48,896 bases of DNA from the NCBI GenBank assembly GCA_050309605.1, contig JBNRMN010000062.1, forward strand, positions 1 through 48,896. The letters are read 5' to 3'. Shown here piece by piece: positions 47,256-48,896 of this stretch. The stretch is from Anaerohalosphaeraceae bacterium. Its GTDB lineage: Bacteria; Planctomycetota; Phycisphaerae; Sedimentisphaerales; Anaerohalosphaeraceae. Position numbers and translations under genes: made by a program. The notes beneath the pieces were generated by a model that searched no databases, was not told the origin of the DNA, and was given only the letters and a program-made list of their open reading frames with translations. Within the stretch, counting starts at the first letter, position 1, and each line of letters opens with the position of its first letter.

Positions 47256-47729
47256 TTATAGCAGCGGTGAGTTGTTGTTCGATCTCTGCATCCGCTCTTT
47301 GTTCTGGATAGCAAATGCCAGACTTTGCCGTACAGCATCAGACATCGCTATTGATGACATTGTAGCGCCGGTTACCGACTGTATATCGTTTCCCACCTGA
47401 ATGGGATCATTGACGGTTTTGCCGGTGAACCGGCTTAAGAAATCCGGCTGTAAAATGCCGCGTCCTCGTGTTAAAGGATAGGACAGAATTCTGGTTTCCT
47501 GAATCACCATATCCGGATCGATAACGACCTCCAGTGTAAACGTACCGGAGCGCGTCGCGGCTGTTGTTCTGACAGCAAACCGATCCTGTCCATTTCCCGT
47601 TGCTTTATACATCATAAATTGCTCATTTTCTGCAATGATATTGACGGCTGTTTGTTCCGGCCTGCTGCAACTGTTACACATTAAACTCAGCAGTACCGCC
47701 GTACTGAATACCACCGTTTGATGCGGCAT
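47256..47729 (-). CDS. FMN-binding domain lipoprotein (flavinylation substrate)
   Basis: Lipobox-like CNSC; FLSRFTGK..IQSVTGATMSS matches the [S/T]GA[S/T] ApbE flavinylation motif. Confidence 0.78.
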   Translation of the reverse strand: MPHQTVVFSTAVLLSLMCNSCSRPEQTAVNIIAENEQFMMYKATGNGQDRFAVRTTAATRSGTFTLEVVIDPDMVIQETRILSYPLTRGRGILQPDFLSRFTGKTVNDPIQVGNDIQSVTGATMSSIAMSDAVRQSLAFAIQNKERMQRSNNNSPLL

Positions 47730-47740
47730 CGTCTTATCTC

Positions 47741-48680
47741 CTAAAATGAAAATCCCAGACCAAAGTTGAGCCAATTTTCTTTTTTTCCGGCGCGGTCTTT
47801 CTGTATCTGGTAATCGGTTTTGAAAACGACATTGGAAGTCAAATCAAAATTCATTCCAAACGTCCAGGCATTTCGGTCTCCGGCAGGATCCGCCGCAATT
47901 CCGGAAGGCATTTTATGCTGTGTGTCAAAATGATCGTAGCGCACAAAGGCCACCGCATCGGAATCGGTAAACTTGCCGACCTTGAATGAGTCCGGCCAAA
48001 AGTGATATCCGCCTTCCAGATACCAACCGAACATTTCACTGGCGGTGCCGTTTCCAATCTGACGTGCATTGCTGATATCGGTGTGCACGATAACGCCGCG
48101 AAAGTCCCACTTGTCAATCGAATACTCAAAATCCGCCGACAACATTCGAATCTCACCGCTGATGCCCGGATTTCGGCCCCGATTGCCGTTGTTCAATCCG
48201 CCGTAATAGCCGGATACCCCCAGCCGCAAATCCTGTCCCGGACTCATGTGCGGAAAATAGTCCAGTCGCCCCGTGACGGCGGGATCATTGAGGCCGGGCC
48301 GTTCACGCTGTCGGCCGGAGCGAATGCCGTTGACGGCATTGAATTTTGAACCGTCCAGGCCGCCGACCACATACATCTCATAGGCCAGATGCGAACCCAA
48401 ATTGCCGAACAAACCAACGCCGTCCGACGGCCATGTCGTGGGAATGATATAGCGCGCGACAGAAGGACGCTCCACACCGAAGAACGTGTCTGGCTCGTGC
48501 CGTTTGTTAATGATTCCCATCGGCGTCAGGATACGACCTGCTCGAACGTTAAACATATCGGACAACAGAAAATCGAAATAAGCCTGTTCAATCAGCAAAT
48601 AGCCGCCGGTTGAACCGTCCGCCGTATCAGAAACGAGGGCATGTTCGACTTCCCACTCGGAAAAAAATCTGATCCAGTCT
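47741..48680 (-). pseudogene. Outer-membrane porin gene, 3' part, interrupted by IS insertion
   Basis: Frame stays open upstream of the ORF-track start as DWIRFFSEWEVEHALV..GYLLIEQAY and stops exactly at the IS end. No signal peptide; HEPDTFFGVERP motif; terminal FGLGFSF. Confidence 0.8.
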
Positions 48681-48896
48681 CAGTACTGTCCGGTTAACTT
48701 TTAATGTTATTTTCGTAAACAATTTCATAGTATAATGTTACAGCAAAAAACAACTGTTATCGATTTGAACTGGCTGTTATCCTACAGCGGTATTTTGATA
48801 CTGTCTGTCAGGAGAGCTATGGTCCATGAGCAACGAACGAACAGTGTTTTCACAGATTCTCGATTTTGTTCCAAAGCATCAATTCCGAGTGTGCGT
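48681..48896 (+). mobile_element. IS4-family insertion sequence, left end (runs off window)
   Basis: Terminal CAGTACTGTCCGGTTAA, as seen in DUF4372-type IS4 elements, followed by a transposase start. Confidence 0.8.
48826..48896 (+). CDS. IS4-family transposase N-terminus (DUF4372-like), partial
   Basis: Translates MSNERTVFSQILDFVPKHQFRVC, matching the xTVFxQLxxFLPxxxFxxCV start of DUF4372 transposases; not in the ORF track. Confidence 0.78.
   Translation, partial: MSNERTVFSQILDFVPKHQFRVC

Noticed and set aside
46049..47311. 420-aa plus-strand ORF
   Set aside because: Antisense shadow of the OprB porin

Overview
Gene-dense, GC-rich bacterial chromosome segment, probably Planctomycetota (Phycisphaerae-like). 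That assignment is an inference from gene content, such as a TPR plus tandem RNAP alpha-CTD protein and many Tat-exported Gfo/Idh/MocA, ThuA/HEAT and DUF1080 proteins. From left to right: mgtE; an M16 protease; gloB; a minus-strand TPR-alphaCTD/spoIID-like/tgt/yajC/secDF block; a ~1 kb intergenic array built from three nested palindromic REP-like families; a PrsW-type protease; and two AraC-type regulators. Next is a ~15 kb plus-strand cluster (18756-33851) that resembles the 3-keto-glycoside oxidation/elimination/hydration pathway but ends in a 7-CxxCH multiheme cytochrome, a cytochrome-b-like membrane protein and an NCS1 permease. It is followed by a lipoprotein, an unusual GT-C (TIGR03663-like)/ApbE flavin-transferase fusion, SDR and GT2 genes, an SSS symporter, a divergent GHMP kinase and an EEP lipoprotein. 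The right end holds a repeat-bounded structured non-coding cassette, a Na/Pi cotransporter, an OprB porin, an FMN-binding lipoprotein, and a porin gene cut by an IS4-family element at the window edge. The best candidates for undescribed biology are the cytochrome-coupled periplasmic glycoside-oxidation module, the glycosyltransferase-flavinyltransferase fusion, and the DR/IR-bounded RNA cassette at 43476-43780. All family calls come from motif recognition by eye; no database search was run.
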